NCBI RefSeq assembly: GCF_964204645.1
Contig: NC_134035.1
Coordinates: 8,464,451 to 8,528,450, forward strand
Length of the DNA: 64,000 nucleotides
Reading direction: 5' to 3'
Origin: Tubulanus polymorphus
Taxonomy: Eukaryota > Animalia > Nemertea
Shown: positions 12,740-26,300 of the stretch, piece by piece
Position numbering within the stretch: position 1 is the stretch's first letter
Layout: every line of letters begins with the position of its first letter
Translations under genes and position numbers: made by a program
Notes under the pieces: model-generated
What the model was told of the DNA's origin: nothing
Databases searched by the model: none
The model's input: the letters and a program-made list of their open reading frames with translations, nothing else

Positions 12740-15344
12740 ATTATGGAATCGAAATCGAAGTCCCGGATGAATTTAATTCGTGATCGTATGAGATAACGAT
12801 TGCGGTCTTAAACTGGAAGCAGACAAAAAAAATCCAAATTCAGATGAAAAAACAATGATGATGTATTACTGTGAGTTTGTAGGTTAACGAATGAAAAAAG
12901 TATCGATGGTGCGTTGTACGACAATACACAGCCTAGAATTTGGTCCCGTTATTCGCGAGCACCGCAACTCATTGAGTATATACGTGAAATCTACCACTCG
13001 ATCAGAACATGAAACAATAGAATCATTTGAACGTTCGGTGTCCATTGAGAAATACCCTTACTTCGCCATTTTGTCAGTATTTACTACTTCCGGTACAGAT
13101 ATAACCGCTTCCGCCTGCCTGTTAAGTTAACATCCGGTGCATGGAGTGTTGCGTATCGATTCATTATTTCGTAAAAGCGTGGCTTTAAAATCGGCGCTAC
13201 ACGGATTTTGCACGAAAGGAAATGTTTGTATGAATATATTGTTTCTAATTTTAAAAGTATGATCCAAACGAGTTGCGTTTTTTTTTTTATTTCGTTAGTT
13301 TCATTCATTCGTTTATCAATGTTGCAGCTAAAATATGTAAGTTTATGTGTACGTGTGAAACTACAGCAATCCTAGCCCGATTCTGTGAAACTGGGTCCTG
13401 AAGAAAACACGTAAGGTCATTTAATGAAGATTTGAGTTGTCAGGTATTTGTCAGGTAATCCTCTTCTGGCTGACTTAGAACCGGCTAGAAGCATCGTTTT
13501 TACCTTATATGTAGTACACGAGGTATGACCCAAACCAGTATCGCAAAAAACGACCGTAAGACGCCACCCAAATTTACGTCCACGATCTATACGTCGGCGA
13601 TACAATAGAACTGCACCTTTACGGTATCGAAATTAGAAGCAAACTAATCCGGCTACGAATACCGATGAACCGCTCGTAGTTTCTTTTCAGACCAGGCATC
13701 TATTTATCAGTACATACTTCGAGGGAATGTCACATGCTCGCTTTGTTCGCGCAAACTATAATTGCGTCTCCGGTATTGGCGTATTTTTTTTTCCTAAGAA
13801 ACAAAAAGGACAGCTCCTCCGAGACATGAAATAGGAGAGGCCTTCGAATAAACGAACGTTGTTCTAAAGTTGCGCATTCTATGTTTGTATTTACTTTGGT
13901 TATGGGTTCGTTCGCCTAGACGTTGTAACAACTCGGCTACGGTCAAAACACGACCGACTTAAAAAATCGAACCATCCTACTGAAATGGGTATTCACCAGT
14001 TTTCAGTATATGGTCGAAACCATTTATTTTGATGAGAATAATATCGGATTTCCAAAGCTTTTATATATTATGTACCTAATGTACCTGTAGGCGCTGAAAA
14101 ATCAACGGCATGTGTGAGATGAGAAAATATCAGAATCTTTCCATTTTAATTATGCCTACAACGACTGCTTTTAAAATCTCTCTGCGAAAGTTTTTTGTCA
14201 TACAAAAATCCATTTCCTGCGGTGAAAAATATTTTGAAAAATCTTCGCCGTAGATCCTTCGATTTTCGATTCAGTTTCCATGTGTTTTGATTATACGGAG
14301 ACGCCGTTTCTAAAAATAAACAGTAATACGAAATTAATGATATTTGAATAAACGCCATCAGCTCTCGATTGCGGCGCCACGATTCTCGGGTTTACGATGA
14401 AAAACAAACAGACCTATCGTCGATAGCGGCACCCGTGTCATTTTGCGATGCGACAAATGAATAAATCAAATCGATCGAATACGGTTAATTTCTACAGACT
14501 TGCGTAACGGACGGACGATTATGCCACACGCCAACGGGAAGATATTTTTTCGTTTCGCCAAAATTCGGGACCGAAATTTCCAATTATGTATTTTGATTTA
14601 AACGTAGACTTTTGTAAATTCGACCGCCGATCACACCTGTTATTTGTTCTCTGATTTCGAAATCGAACCTCCGGTATCGCTCCCGGCGGGTTTGATAGGT
14701 TTGTAAGGACACCGTATCCAATAAAAATTCAAACCAAATCTACCAATCACATAAATGAGTGGATCGATCTCTATATGAAGATACAAAATAACGGGAAATC
14801 TGTAATCATAAACGGGGAATTTCATCATCTCGTTCGTTCAGTACGCCATAAATCTCAATGGATCGCCATACAGGTAAACCTTATTTGACGTTACCTTCTC
14901 AATATCTAGTCGAACTTTTAATTTTGCTCGGTGTTTTTCTCAACCCATGGCAGGTGAATCTAGTTTTACCATATGTATTTTGCAAGTAGATATATTTAAA
15001 CGCCACAAGACACACACATTGGGCACAGGTGAATTAATACCGCAAAAAATCTTTAAACGCAAACTATCAATACACGTCGAAACGTTGTTTTTGCAGATGC
15101 TTAGGACGTCTGCGGGTGGGGTATATTTCGTATACATATATGTATACCTAACCAGCTACCAGGAAATAGAGACGAATATGTAAAGCAGCGATAACGGGTT
15201 TTCTGCCTTCAAATGTCGTACTAGGATACGAATTAAGTTTCGTTGCAATCTGTCTGATCAATTCATGAAATTCGGCTATTTTGTTTGAGATATGTCAAGT
15301 TTAGCAAGATTGCTTTGAGGATAACGACCATTATACATTACTTT

Positions 15345-15880
<536 letters not shown>

Positions 15881-16375
15881 CAAACGACTACCGCCAAGAA
15901 GTGCATTCGGTTACGTGAAAATGTGAACAATATACACCGAGGGAAGTGGAAGCTCTGAACTTAGAACTTCCACTTTCTGAGATGGTTGTTGTGGTGAATT
16001 CAGTAGAAGTATTTTTGAACCTGTCCGGGTGTTTTACTAGATATTTCACTAGGCCATTGATATCTATTTGTGTTCGAGAATTCAATTATTCCTAAGTAAC
16101 CGTTATATTTTACACAAACGAATCTACAAATCCGAGTAAATTGCATTAGATTTCAGAGAATAGATTTTCTATTCGCTCACAACAATGAATTGCGGACAAC
16201 GCAACAATTCCATCAAATTTTATGAAAAAAAATTGAATTATCAATGATTACTAGCTTCACAATTAATACATTGTAGATATATTTATGGATCTATTGCAAT
16301 GTAAATTCATTTTACGTTACGTAACTCGCATTCACACGTACGCTCATGCGGAAAGAGGTCTTCATCCCGCGAACC

Positions 16376-17321
16376 ATGAATTCTACTCAGATGCAAATTG
16401 GTCAGACTTATCAAAGCTACATTGTCATCATGTCTGTAGCGAACAGGTCTGGTAGCTACCTCGTGGTGTCATTGGTCATTCTACCTATCTTGTTTCTGTT
16501 TGGAGCCTTCGGGAATTCGGCTACTTTCCTGATAATGTTGAGTAGCAAATTTTGGAGTTTTTCTTACGCTAACTATCTTGTCGCTTTATCGGTCAATGAT
16601 TTTATGTTCTGCATCAATCTATCTTTGATGCCTGTTTTACAATTTGCTCTCCTGGAAGTAGAAATCGGTCCCATATTCGTGATGAATTCACTGATCAGTT
16701 GTCAAGTCTACGAATTCATAATACTCCTCGCATGTTTTAACAGTTCGTGGTTAATCGTGGCAATATCTCTAGAACGTGCGGCAGTTGTTCTCTTCCCGTT
16801 CACATCTCGTTTGATATGCACACCTAGATTCGCTAGATTCGCTATACTAATTATCACAGGAGTGAATGTACTGATTTTATATCTTATACCTATCCATACA
16901 TTTTTCCAACCAGTCTTTCGGATGTTACTATGAATTACATGACCATTTAACATACTATACCATTGCAGTCGTCCAAGCTTACATTCTACCATTAGTATTG
17001 ATAATAACATCAAATTCTGTTATAATATTTCAGTTATTCAGAGGTTCAAAAATAGTTTCGTCCGATCAAAAAACTACTAAATCAAAACGCACAACAATGA
17101 TGCTTGTAACAGTTTCACTCGCATTTGCAATATTTACACTTCCGACCACTGTTACTCTATTCTTACCAATCTCTAATGAGCGGAAGGATTTTCTTTTCGA
17201 TATTTTCACTCAGGTCCAACAATATAACTATGTTGTGAATTTCTACATATATCTTTTAATGGGACGCGAAATTCGTGCGTATTTCTGTACAAAAATCAGT
17301 TGCAAAAAATCAGTCAAATAA
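16376..17321 (+). pseudogene. Class A GPCR copy 1 (FMRFamide-receptor/srw-like), frameshifted
   Basis: Homologous to the 951-nt paralogs but 946 nt long; a 5-nt deletion near 16892 (cct-a[ctcta]tcc) splits ORFs 16346-16933 and 16998-17321; all 7 TM segments present across the two frames. Confidence 0.85.
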
Positions 17322-18545
17322 CTATTGATTTTAACCTGTGTTTTCGCAGCCCGTCAGAAGATTTCACGTTTTTTCTATGCAACTGTAAATGGTTATTTAA
17401 ACCTTTGGACAATTGAAAGTTTATTTTTCGATGAATCATTGGAATTTAACAATAGATGCCAATCTTTCTACAAAATAAACAAAGACTCAGGTCAAAAATT
17501 GAATGTACGCATGTTTTGTATATGCCCACTTTTTAACTTTCAAGAAGCTAATTTGGCGCTAGTCCTGATCCAGTATGATATATATAGTTTATTTTCAAGA
17601 GAGATTATAACAGATGGTAATGCATTACATTTCGTTAAATATGAATACAGTGAAGGATAACCCGATAGAAAGCAGGAACCTTGTTTGAATCACTGGGCCA
17701 CCTTAAACACTTAAGCACACAATCACACATAATTAATTGCCCTCGCATAGATTCCAACAGCAAGTAACATAAATTAATGAAAAGGCGGATGGATGTCATA
17801 CTTTGTCTTCTTCGGTCAGTGTTAACAGCAGTTGACCGTTGACAGTCGACAGCTTGAGTCGACGAGGCAACCTGTCAACAAGAACAGAAGTTATGAAAGT
17901 TATTCCACCTAACATTTTTGTTCATGATTTTCATTGTCTCTCATAAATCCATTGCATGTATACTTAGAAGGTTTATGAGGTTGCGAATGATTTTGATGAT
18001 ATTAATATTTCAAAACACAAACAGGTACTTATACATATCATTGAAATATAATATATATTTAGATAACTATATCAATTGGTTAGAGGTTTTTTGAGGACAC
18101 ATCACGGTTATTGGGTGGGATGTTTAATGTTCATGTGACGATTCTTTGGTCCTAGATAACGTTGGGAAGGTTTTGGCATATAATAGTTTAGACTGTGAAT
18201 GATAACAAGAAGGCATTCAATTTTGTAAAAGAAAATCATGACCAAATGAAATAAAAATATCGCGCATCAGCTACATTTCTACCATGTGGAAGATGTCTCT
18301 TTGAGGAAATTAGTGAACTATTAATATTATTCTTTGTTTGGAAACATGAATTATCATTGATATTATTGACATGTAACGCTAGCATATAATAATACAATAT
18401 AAAGAACACAATAATGATAATTGATTTTTGGAGTGATTGACTAGGTAAAAGATGTCCTCGAAACAAAAGATAAAGACTATAAGTATACGGAACTTAACTG
18501 ACGTGTAGGTTGTCATGTGCACATAAGTTATTACCTTACTACTAG

Positions 18546-18805
18546 TGTGCAGGGTGTCTACCTGTCAACCGTCCTGTGCAGTCATCGTGTGTAGGGTGTC
18601 ATTTGTCAACCCTCCTATACAGTCATCACCTCTTGTAGGGTGTCCGCTGTCAACCGTAGTGTGCAGGCACCACCTAACTGGCGTGTAGGGTGTCATCTGT
18701 CAACCGTCCTGTGGAGTCATCGCCAAACTGGTATGTAGGGTGTTTACTGTCAACTGTCCTGTACAGTCATCACCCTAGTTTGTAAGGTGTCGCCTGTCAC
18801 CAGCT
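18546..18805. repeat. Minisatellite, about 6 units of 41-50 bp
   Basis: Recurrent core tgtagggtgtcxxctgtcaaccgtcctgt..agtcatc. Confidence 0.9.
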
Positions 18806-19469
18806 GTAGGATATAGATCCTCAATCTAGGGTCTATATGATTGTGGACTCCTTTTAGTTCCATATTGCTACGCTTTTATACTTCAGCTTGCGCATAAATT
18901 CCTTGATTTACTGCAAAAGTAACTCTTCGCGTTGCACTATAATGCCGTATATCGGACTTGGGCCCAATTTATAAAACAGGTGTTTATTTAGATCCAACAA
19001 GTCTTCAGACCATGGACGTATGAACTAGATAATTCAATGTATAAGCAGTATTATAATGTTAATGTTATCGGGATTCGATGGCATTCTGACCTCTGGGAAT
19101 AAAATGAAAGACGTAGTTATTTTAGGCCTAATAACCTGCTCGGGGTTTACTAGATATTTCACCATCGATATTACTTTGTGTCCGAGATTTCTATTCAATT
19201 TAGTAACCTTTGTATCTAAAACATTAGCAAAATTTACAAATTCGAAAAAAATTATGTTTAATATTTCAGAAAATTGATCTTCATTGTCGGTCCACAAGGA
19301 ATTGCGGACAAAGCTATAATTTCACCGTTTCAAAACCTATCGAATGACAAATGAATATTAGCTCCACAAATGAGACATAATTGTGGATCTATTTCACCCT
19401 AAATTTATTTTCCAATAAACAAGCGGGTATACTCAAACGTAATCAGTTAGTTCTTCGACTCCGTCAATC

Positions 19470-20420
19470 ATGAATCTTACTCGGATACAAACTGCTCGAA
19501 CGTATCACAGTTATATGGTCATCATGTCTATAGCAGACAGATCTGGCAGCTACCGCGCGATATCGTTGTTCATTCTACCGATTTTGTTCCTATTCGGAGG
19601 CTTTGGCAATTCTGCTACTTTCCTGATAATGATAAGTCGCAGATTCAGAAGTTTTTCATACGCTAACTACCTCGTCGTTTTATCAGCCAGTGATTTTGTG
19701 TTTTGCATCAGTCTATCTTTGATGCCCGTTTTACAGTTTGTTCTGTTGCGCGTACAAACTGGCCCAATATTAGTGATGAAATCAGTGATCAGTTGTCAAC
19801 TGTACGAATTCGTAGTAATACTCGCTGGCTGCAACAGTTCCTGGTTAATCGTGGCTATATCTGTAGAACGCGCAGCAGTTGTTCTCTTCCCGTTCACATC
19901 TCGTTTGATATGTACACCGACATTCGCTAGATTCGCTATATCCATAATAACCGGAGTGAATGTTCTGATTCTTTATCTTTTACCTACTCTATCGATGCAT
20001 TTTTCCGACAAGTCTTTTGGATGTTATTATGAATCAATTGACCGATTAACGTTTTTTACGAATATTGTTATCACCCTCTACCTTCTACCTTTGACGCTGA
20101 TTATTGCATCGAATTCTGTTATAATATGTCAGTTATTCAGAGGCTCAAAAATGGTTTCGTCTGATCAGAAAACTGCAAAATCAAAACGTACGACCATAAT
20201 GCTCGTAACAGTTTCACTCGCATTCGCAATGTTCACACTTCCGACCACTGTCACTGCATACCTACCGATCCCCACGAAACGGAAGGATTTTCTATTCGAT
20301 GTTTTCACTCAGTTCCAACAGTGTAATTATGTGGTGAATTTCTACATATATCTTTTACTGGGACGAGAAATTCGTGGATATTTCTGCACAAAAATCCGTT
20401 GCAGTAATTCAGTCAAATAA
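19470..20420 (+). CDS. Intronless class A (rhodopsin-like) GPCR copy 2, FMRFamide-receptor/srw-like putative chemoreceptor, 316 aa
   Basis: Seven hydrophobic helices; TM1 GN, TM2 LSxxD, TM3 Cys and SSWLIVAISVERA (DRY equivalent), ECL2 Cys, TM5 LP, TM6 FTLP, TM7 NYVVNFYIY. Confidence 0.92.
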   Translation: MNLTRIQTARTYHSYMVIMSIADRSGSYRAISLFILPILFLFGGFGNSATFLIMISRRFRSFSYANYLVVLSASDFVFCISLSLMPVLQFVLLRVQTGPILVMKSVISCQLYEFVVILAGCNSSWLIVAISVERAAVVLFPFTSRLICTPTFARFAISIITGVNVLILYLLPTLSMHFSDKSFGCYYESIDRLTFFTNIVITLYLLPLTLIIASNSVIICQLFRGSKMVSSDQKTAKSKRTTIMLVTVSLAFAMFTLPTTVTAYLPIPTKRKDFLFDVFTQFQQCNYVVNFYIYLLLGREIRGYFCTKIRCSNSVK

Positions 20421-21412
20421 CCATTGATTTCAACCCGTAATTGCACGTATCGTCTGCAAATTACACATTGTTTTTTTTTTTCTGGCCATTTACTATGGAA
20501 AATCGTTGTTCTGATACCTCATAGAAAATGTATCGGCCCAAGTGTAGAAGTAGTTCCAGTAGTTTATATTCTACCGCCCCCCTACGGAGTATGTTCCTGC
20601 TTATCTTCGGGTCATGGCATTAACTGTAAAACTGGCCCTTGAATCACAGGGAACTGAAATAACTTTACTCTAAAACAATGTTACCATATTTGATCTACAC
20701 TTTATTCAACAACAGCTATACAAAAAAAACATCTAAAATATTTGCTATGTATTAGAATTAACAATTTCAATATATATGATCACAGGATCTCCAGAGTATA
20801 TGTGCAGCTGACTGGATGGCTGGATGACTAATGGACAATGGATGATCCAATGACTGTATACTTTCGCTCACTTCAACAGTGCAACGATGTGGTGCATTTC
20901 TAGATATAACTTTTACTGAAACGAAAAATTCGTCAATATCTCTCGACCATAATCCGTTGTATAGAAACTCATTCAAATAACGATGATTTCAAGTTTGATT
21001 GCTCCATTAAACTAACGATTACACATTCATAGACGTTTCACTCGCGTTAATGACTTAATTTGAGCGACTTTTTTACAACCACGTGTTTGACCATGACCTA
21101 GATCTATTTTTACAGTTAAAATTTACTTGCGAGATATATTGATTCACACTCGGAAAGCATATTCAATTTAGCTATATTTTATATTTTACACATCTAATTA
21201 TCTTTCATATATCTGAGTGCATCGTGTTTTTATCGAAGATCTATCAACAATGAATCGCGGACAAATGATAAAAATTGAATAACAAATGAAAAAGCTTCAT
21301 AAATATATGATACATTATAAATATCTCTGTGTGAATTAAATAAATATCAATATAAATTCATTTTCCAATACATGATTGACTACTGTCGGAGAGTGCATTG
21401 TCCGCATGAATC

Positions 21413-22369
21413 ATGAATTCTTCTCAGATGCAAATTGGTCGAAGTTATAATAGTTACATTGTCATCATGTCTGTAGCGAACAGGTCTGGTAGCTACCTCG
21501 TGGTGTCATTGGTCATTCTACCGATCCTGTTTCTGTTGGGAGCCTTCGGGAATTCAGCTACTTTCCTGATAATGATAAGTCGCAGATACAGGATTTTATC
21601 TTACGCTAACTACCTGATCGTTTTATCAATCAGTGACTTTATGTTCTGCGTCAATCTAACTTTGATGCCTGTTTTACAGTTTGTTCTGTTGCACGCAGAA
21701 ACTGGTCCAATTTTTGTGATGAATTCACTGATCACTTGTCAAATCTACGAATTCGTTACAGCACTGGCGTCATGTAATAGTTCGTGGTTAATCGTGGCTA
21801 TATCTATAGAACGTGCGGCAGTTGTTCTCTTCCCGTTCACATCTCGTTTGATATGTACACCGAGATTCGCTAGATCTGTTATACTGATGATAACGACAAT
21901 GAACGTACTGGTTATATGTTTTCTACCTATTCTATCGATGTATTTTACCAACCAGTCTTTCGGATGTTACTATGAATTATTGGACCAATTTACGTGTTTT
22001 ATCGTAATTGTCGTCCACGCTTTCATTTTACCTTTAACGTTAATCGTTACATCGAATTCTGTAATAATATTTCAGTTATTCAGAGGTTCAAAAATGGTTT
22101 CGTCTGATAAGAAAACTGCAAAATCAAAACGTACGACAATGATGCTTGTAACAGTTTCACTCGCATTCGCAATATTTACACTTCCGACCACTGTCACTGT
22201 ATACCTGCCAATCTCTACGGAGCGGAAAGATTTTCTATTTGATGTTTTCACTCAGTTCCACCAGTGTAACTATGTGGTGAATTTCTACATTTATCTTTTA
22301 CTTGGACGAGACATTCGTGAATATTTCTGTACAAAAATTCGTTGCAGAAAACCAGTCAAATATCTATAG
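21413..22369 (+). CDS. Intronless class A GPCR copy 3, 318 aa
   Basis: Same 7TM motifs as copy 2; intact ORF; near-identical to copy 6. Confidence 0.92.
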   Translation: MNSSQMQIGRSYNSYIVIMSVANRSGSYLVVSLVILPILFLLGAFGNSATFLIMISRRYRILSYANYLIVLSISDFMFCVNLTLMPVLQFVLLHAETGPIFVMNSLITCQIYEFVTALASCNSSWLIVAISIERAAVVLFPFTSRLICTPRFARSVILMITTMNVLVICFLPILSMYFTNQSFGCYYELLDQFTCFIVIVVHAFILPLTLIVTSNSVIIFQLFRGSKMVSSDKKTAKSKRTTMMLVTVSLAFAIFTLPTTVTVYLPISTERKDFLFDVFTQFHQCNYVVNFYIYLLLGRDIREYFCTKIRCRKPVKYL

Positions 22370-22424
22370 ATTTCAACCTGAATTTGCACAGAACGTCACA
22401 CAATTAATACACAATTTATTTATA

Positions 22425-23033
22425 CTATAGCAGACAGATCTGGCAGCTACCGCGCGATATCGTTGTTCATTCTACCGATTTTGTTCCTATTCGGAGGCTT
22501 TGGCAATTCTGCTACTTTCCTAATGATAATGATACGTCGCAGATTCAGGAGTTTTTCATACGCTAACTACCTCGTCGTTTTATCAGCCAGTGATTTAGTG
22601 TTTTGCATCAGTCTATCTTTGATGCCCGTTTTACAGTTTGTTCTGTTGCGCGTACAAACTGGCCCAATATTAGTGATGAAATCAGTGATCAGTTGTCAAG
22701 TGTACGAATTCGTAGTACTACTCGCTGGCTGCAACAGTTCCTGGTTAATCGTGGCTATATCTATAGAACGTGCAGCAGTTGTTCTCTTCCCGTTAACAGC
22801 GTGATTGATTTGTACACCGAGATTCGCTAGATTCACCATATTGATAATAACCGTAGTTAATGCACTGATTCTGTATTTTCTACCTACTCTATCGATGTAT
22901 TTTTCCGACAAGTTATTTTGGATGTTATTATGAAGCAATAGACCGTTTAATGTTTGTTTTTATGAAAATTGTTTTCAGCCTCTACGTTTTACCTTTAACA
23001 TTGATTATTATTTCGAATTCTGTCGTAATATTT
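22425..23033 (+). pseudogene. GPCR copy 4, truncated at both ends
   Basis: Lacks ATG and the first ~19 codons (starts ~55 bp after the copy 3 stop); TGA at 22802-22804; further indel near 22913; homology ends in TM5/ICL3 at ~23033. Confidence 0.85.
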
Positions 23034-23125
23034 GTGATACCCCTTGCTCCGTGAGAATAAAACGCCGAACAAGATTTGCAGCAAATTTAAGAAGATTGGA
23101 CTACCGAGGCTGTATCAAATTTCAA

Positions 23126-23722
23126 CCTTTCAGTGCTGCCCCTATGAATAACGATAGCGGGATTTCTGTGAACTAAAATATTCGCGCATATTTAACACGG
23201 AATGTGAATTTGATGAAAGTTGCTTGTTATGTACAATACGGACAACTGTTGCGCCCAATTCTAATAAACTATGATATTTTGAATCCTTAATCCTTAATTT
23301 TGAATGATATTTCCATATTTCTTAGGTAATTCTATTTCTTGCAAAATCTCTCTTGCTTATCTTGATTTGTATTTTTATACAGGATATATAGCAATTAAAT
23401 TTTTGAATGATCTGATTCATTCACTAGCTGAGATACTGACAAAACTTCCAATTTTTGTCTTCCATGATATATATTGCGAGAAAAAAAGCCGAATGAAGAC
23501 AACCAACATCCGTCGCCCTCTCCCAAGTAAAATGCAAATACCCGAATTGTAGAAAAATTGCCAGTGAAGTATATAATTGTGCTGTTTTAAGAGTCTGATA
23601 ATTTTTTTCGGAATCCGGCCCGCAAATCTGTAAATAGTTTGTTCAAAGACTTTGGCAAACGAGTATTCTGTTAGTTCACGTTTTCCCCGCTGTCTATATA
23701 CTTAGTGGCAGCACTAGACAGG
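23126..23722. mobile_element. MITE-like element with ~45-bp imperfect TIRs (piggyBac-like ends)
   Basis: cagtgctgcccctatgaata..atagcggga....gtgaac is inverted to gttcac....cccgctgtctatatacttagtggcagcact. Confidence 0.45.
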
Positions 23723-24262
23723 ATAGGATTTTTTTTCTGTGGCGGGAGAATTCAATAACGTTCCATCATGTGCTTATCTGTTTATGGGGCCCCCGGAGCA
23801 CAAGGTGAAAAATTACATTTTTGCGTGGGATTGAAATAATCTTTTCGTTCGAATGAAATGTTTTTAGCGGGAATTTTTATAAAAGTTATGTACAAGTAGT
23901 CTCTTTTTTCAACAAAAGAAACAAGAACAAATGATTGAGAATGAACCGATACAAGTAGAATGTAGGTAAACGAATATTTGTGCTCGAACTCTCGACAGTA
24001 TCATTTGATGGGATGCATTTAGATGGCATTCTGACCTCTGGGAATGAAATGGACGTTCAGTTATTCATGTCTGTTCGGGTGTTTTACTAGACATTTCACC
24101 ATTGACTTGTGTTCGAGAATTCTATATCTGATACAATAGCAAGAATTAACAAATCCGAGTAAATTGTGTTAGATTTCAGAAAATTGATTTTCGTTCGCTG
24201 TCAACAATGAATCGTGGACAAAGTGAAAATTTCAAAAATTATCAAAACTAATTGAATAACAA

Positions 24263-25321
24263 ATGAATATCAGCTTCACAAACAAGACGTTATTGTGGAT
24301 CTATTACAATCTGAATTCATTTTCCAATAAGCGACCGAGTACGTTAAACGGTTCTTCGATCACGTCAATAATGAATCTCACTGAGATGCAAATTGCTAGC
24401 AGCTATCATAGTTATATGGTCATCATGTCTACAGCAAACAGATCTGGTAGCTACCGTACGCTTTCATCAGTCATTCTGCCTATATTGTTCGTGCTTGGAG
24501 CTTTCGGGAATTCAGCTACTTTCCTGATTATGATAAGTCGTAGATTTCGGGGATTATCCTACGCTAACTATCTCATCGTTTTATCAGTCAGTGATTTTGT
24601 GTTCTGCATCAATCTAACTTTGATGCCTGTTTTACAGGTAGTTCTCTTGAACGTAAAAACTGGTCCAATATATGTGATGAATTCGCTGGTCGGTTGCCAG
24701 ATCTACGAATTCGTAGTACTACTCGCAGGCTGCAACAGTTCCTGGTTATTAGTGGCTATATCTGTAGAACGCGCAGCAGTTGTTCTCTTCCCGTTCACAT
24801 CTCGTTTGATATGTACACCGACATTCGCTAGATTCGCTATATCCATAATAACCGGAGTGAATGTTCTGATTCTTTATCTTTTACCTACTCTATCGATGCA
24901 TTTTTCCGACAAGTCTTTTGGATGTTATTATGAATCAATTGACCGATTAATGTTTTTCGCGAATATTGTTATCACCCTCTACCTTCTACCTTTGACGTTG
25001 GTTATTGCATCGAATTCTGTTATAATATGTCAGTTATTCAGAGGTTCAGAAATGGTTTCGTCTGATCAGAAAACTGCAAAATCAAAACGTACGACGATAA
25101 TGCTCGTAACAGTTTCACTCGCATTCGCGATATTCACACTTCCGACCACTGTTACTGCATACCTACCGATCCCCACGAAACAGAAGGATTTTCTATTCGA
25201 TGTTTTCACTCAGCTCCAACAGTGTAATTATGTGGTGAATTTCTACATATATCTTTTAATGGGACGAGAAATTCGTGGATATTTCTGCACAAAAATCCGT
25301 TGCAGTAATTCAGTCAAATAA
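24263..25321 (+). CDS. Intronless class A GPCR copy 5 (352 aa from the upstream ATG; 316 aa from ATG 24371)
   Basis: Intact 7TM ORF; ATG 24371 aligns with paralog starts; in-frame 36-aa extension carries N-x-S/T sequons. Confidence 0.92.
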   Translation: MNISFTNKTLLWIYYNLNSFSNKRPSTLNGSSITSIMNLTEMQIASSYHSYMVIMSTANRSGSYRTLSSVILPILFVLGAFGNSATFLIMISRRFRGLSYANYLIVLSVSDFVFCINLTLMPVLQVVLLNVKTGPIYVMNSLVGCQIYEFVVLLAGCNSSWLLVAISVERAAVVLFPFTSRLICTPTFARFAISIITGVNVLILYLLPTLSMHFSDKSFGCYYESIDRLMFFANIVITLYLLPLTLVIASNSVIICQLFRGSEMVSSDQKTAKSKRTTIMLVTVSLAFAIFTLPTTVTAYLPIPTKQKDFLFDVFTQLQQCNYVVNFYIYLLMGREIRGYFCTKIRCSNSVK

Positions 25322-25576
25322 CCATTGATTTCAACCCGTAATTGCGCGTATCGTCTGCAAATTACACATTGTTTTTTTTCTTCTGGCCATTTACTATAGA
25401 AAATCGTTGTTCTGATATCTTATAGAAAATGTATCGGCCCAAGTGTAGAAGTAGTTCCAGTAGTTTATATTCTACCGCCCTACGGAGTATGTTCCTGCTT
25501 ATCTTCGGGTCATGGCATTAACTGTAAAACTGGCCCTTGAACCACAGGGAACTGAAATAACTTTACTCTAAAATAA

Positions 25577-26300
25577 TGTTACCATATTTGAGCTACACTT
25601 AACAACAGCTATACAAAAAAAAAACATCTAAAATATTTGCTATGTATTAGATTTAACAATTTCAATATATATGATCACAGGATCTCCAGAGTATATGTGC
25701 CGCTGACTGGATGGCTGGATGACTGGATAGACTGGTCGTCTGGACAATGGATGACCCACGTAGAAAGACACTAAATATTTGGATGGATATATGAAAGCTG
25801 TGGGTACTGGAGTGTGTAGTGGGTAGTGTAGTGTGATATGTGTGCATTTGTGGCCAGCACACAGATCACATTGTTCATTGGGGTTTGGTCCAGGAGAATA
25901 ACGTAGGTGGAGATTTTCAACAACACGGAAGTAACGTGTAATAAATGATGACTTGAATTGCATGACTACCCACCACCCCTCATTATTATTGGAAAACTAA
26001 ACGTTCGGCACTGACTAAAAATTAGTAATAACATTTTAGAAATGGGCAGAATTTTAACTTAGGTTCTATCTCACTTTTATTTTGCAATTGCGATTGGTAT
26101 AATTTTTTTAAACGGCCGTAAAGGCTTCATGTTTCGTCTGCAATTCACTGCAAATAGTTACGCAACTACGCACATTTCAGTGTTTTTGGCAGATGTACAC
26201 TCAATCGGTACCGTTCGTGACTAGCTTCACTGCGGAATTATCATTGATTAACATCGCCATATCACTTCATCAACTTAAATTGTGCCTTAAAACCCTAACA
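25577..26300 (-). mobile_element. Interspersed repeat, solo-LTR-like (TGTTA...TAACA)
   Basis: 25760-26300 is the reverse complement of 10995-11537; left part also at 20679-20850; no TSD found. Confidence 0.55.

Noticed and set aside
25640-25963. Similar ORFs at 11343-11616 and 25640-25963 as a gene family
   Set aside because: Both lie within the same interspersed repeat and their frames are not conserved between copies
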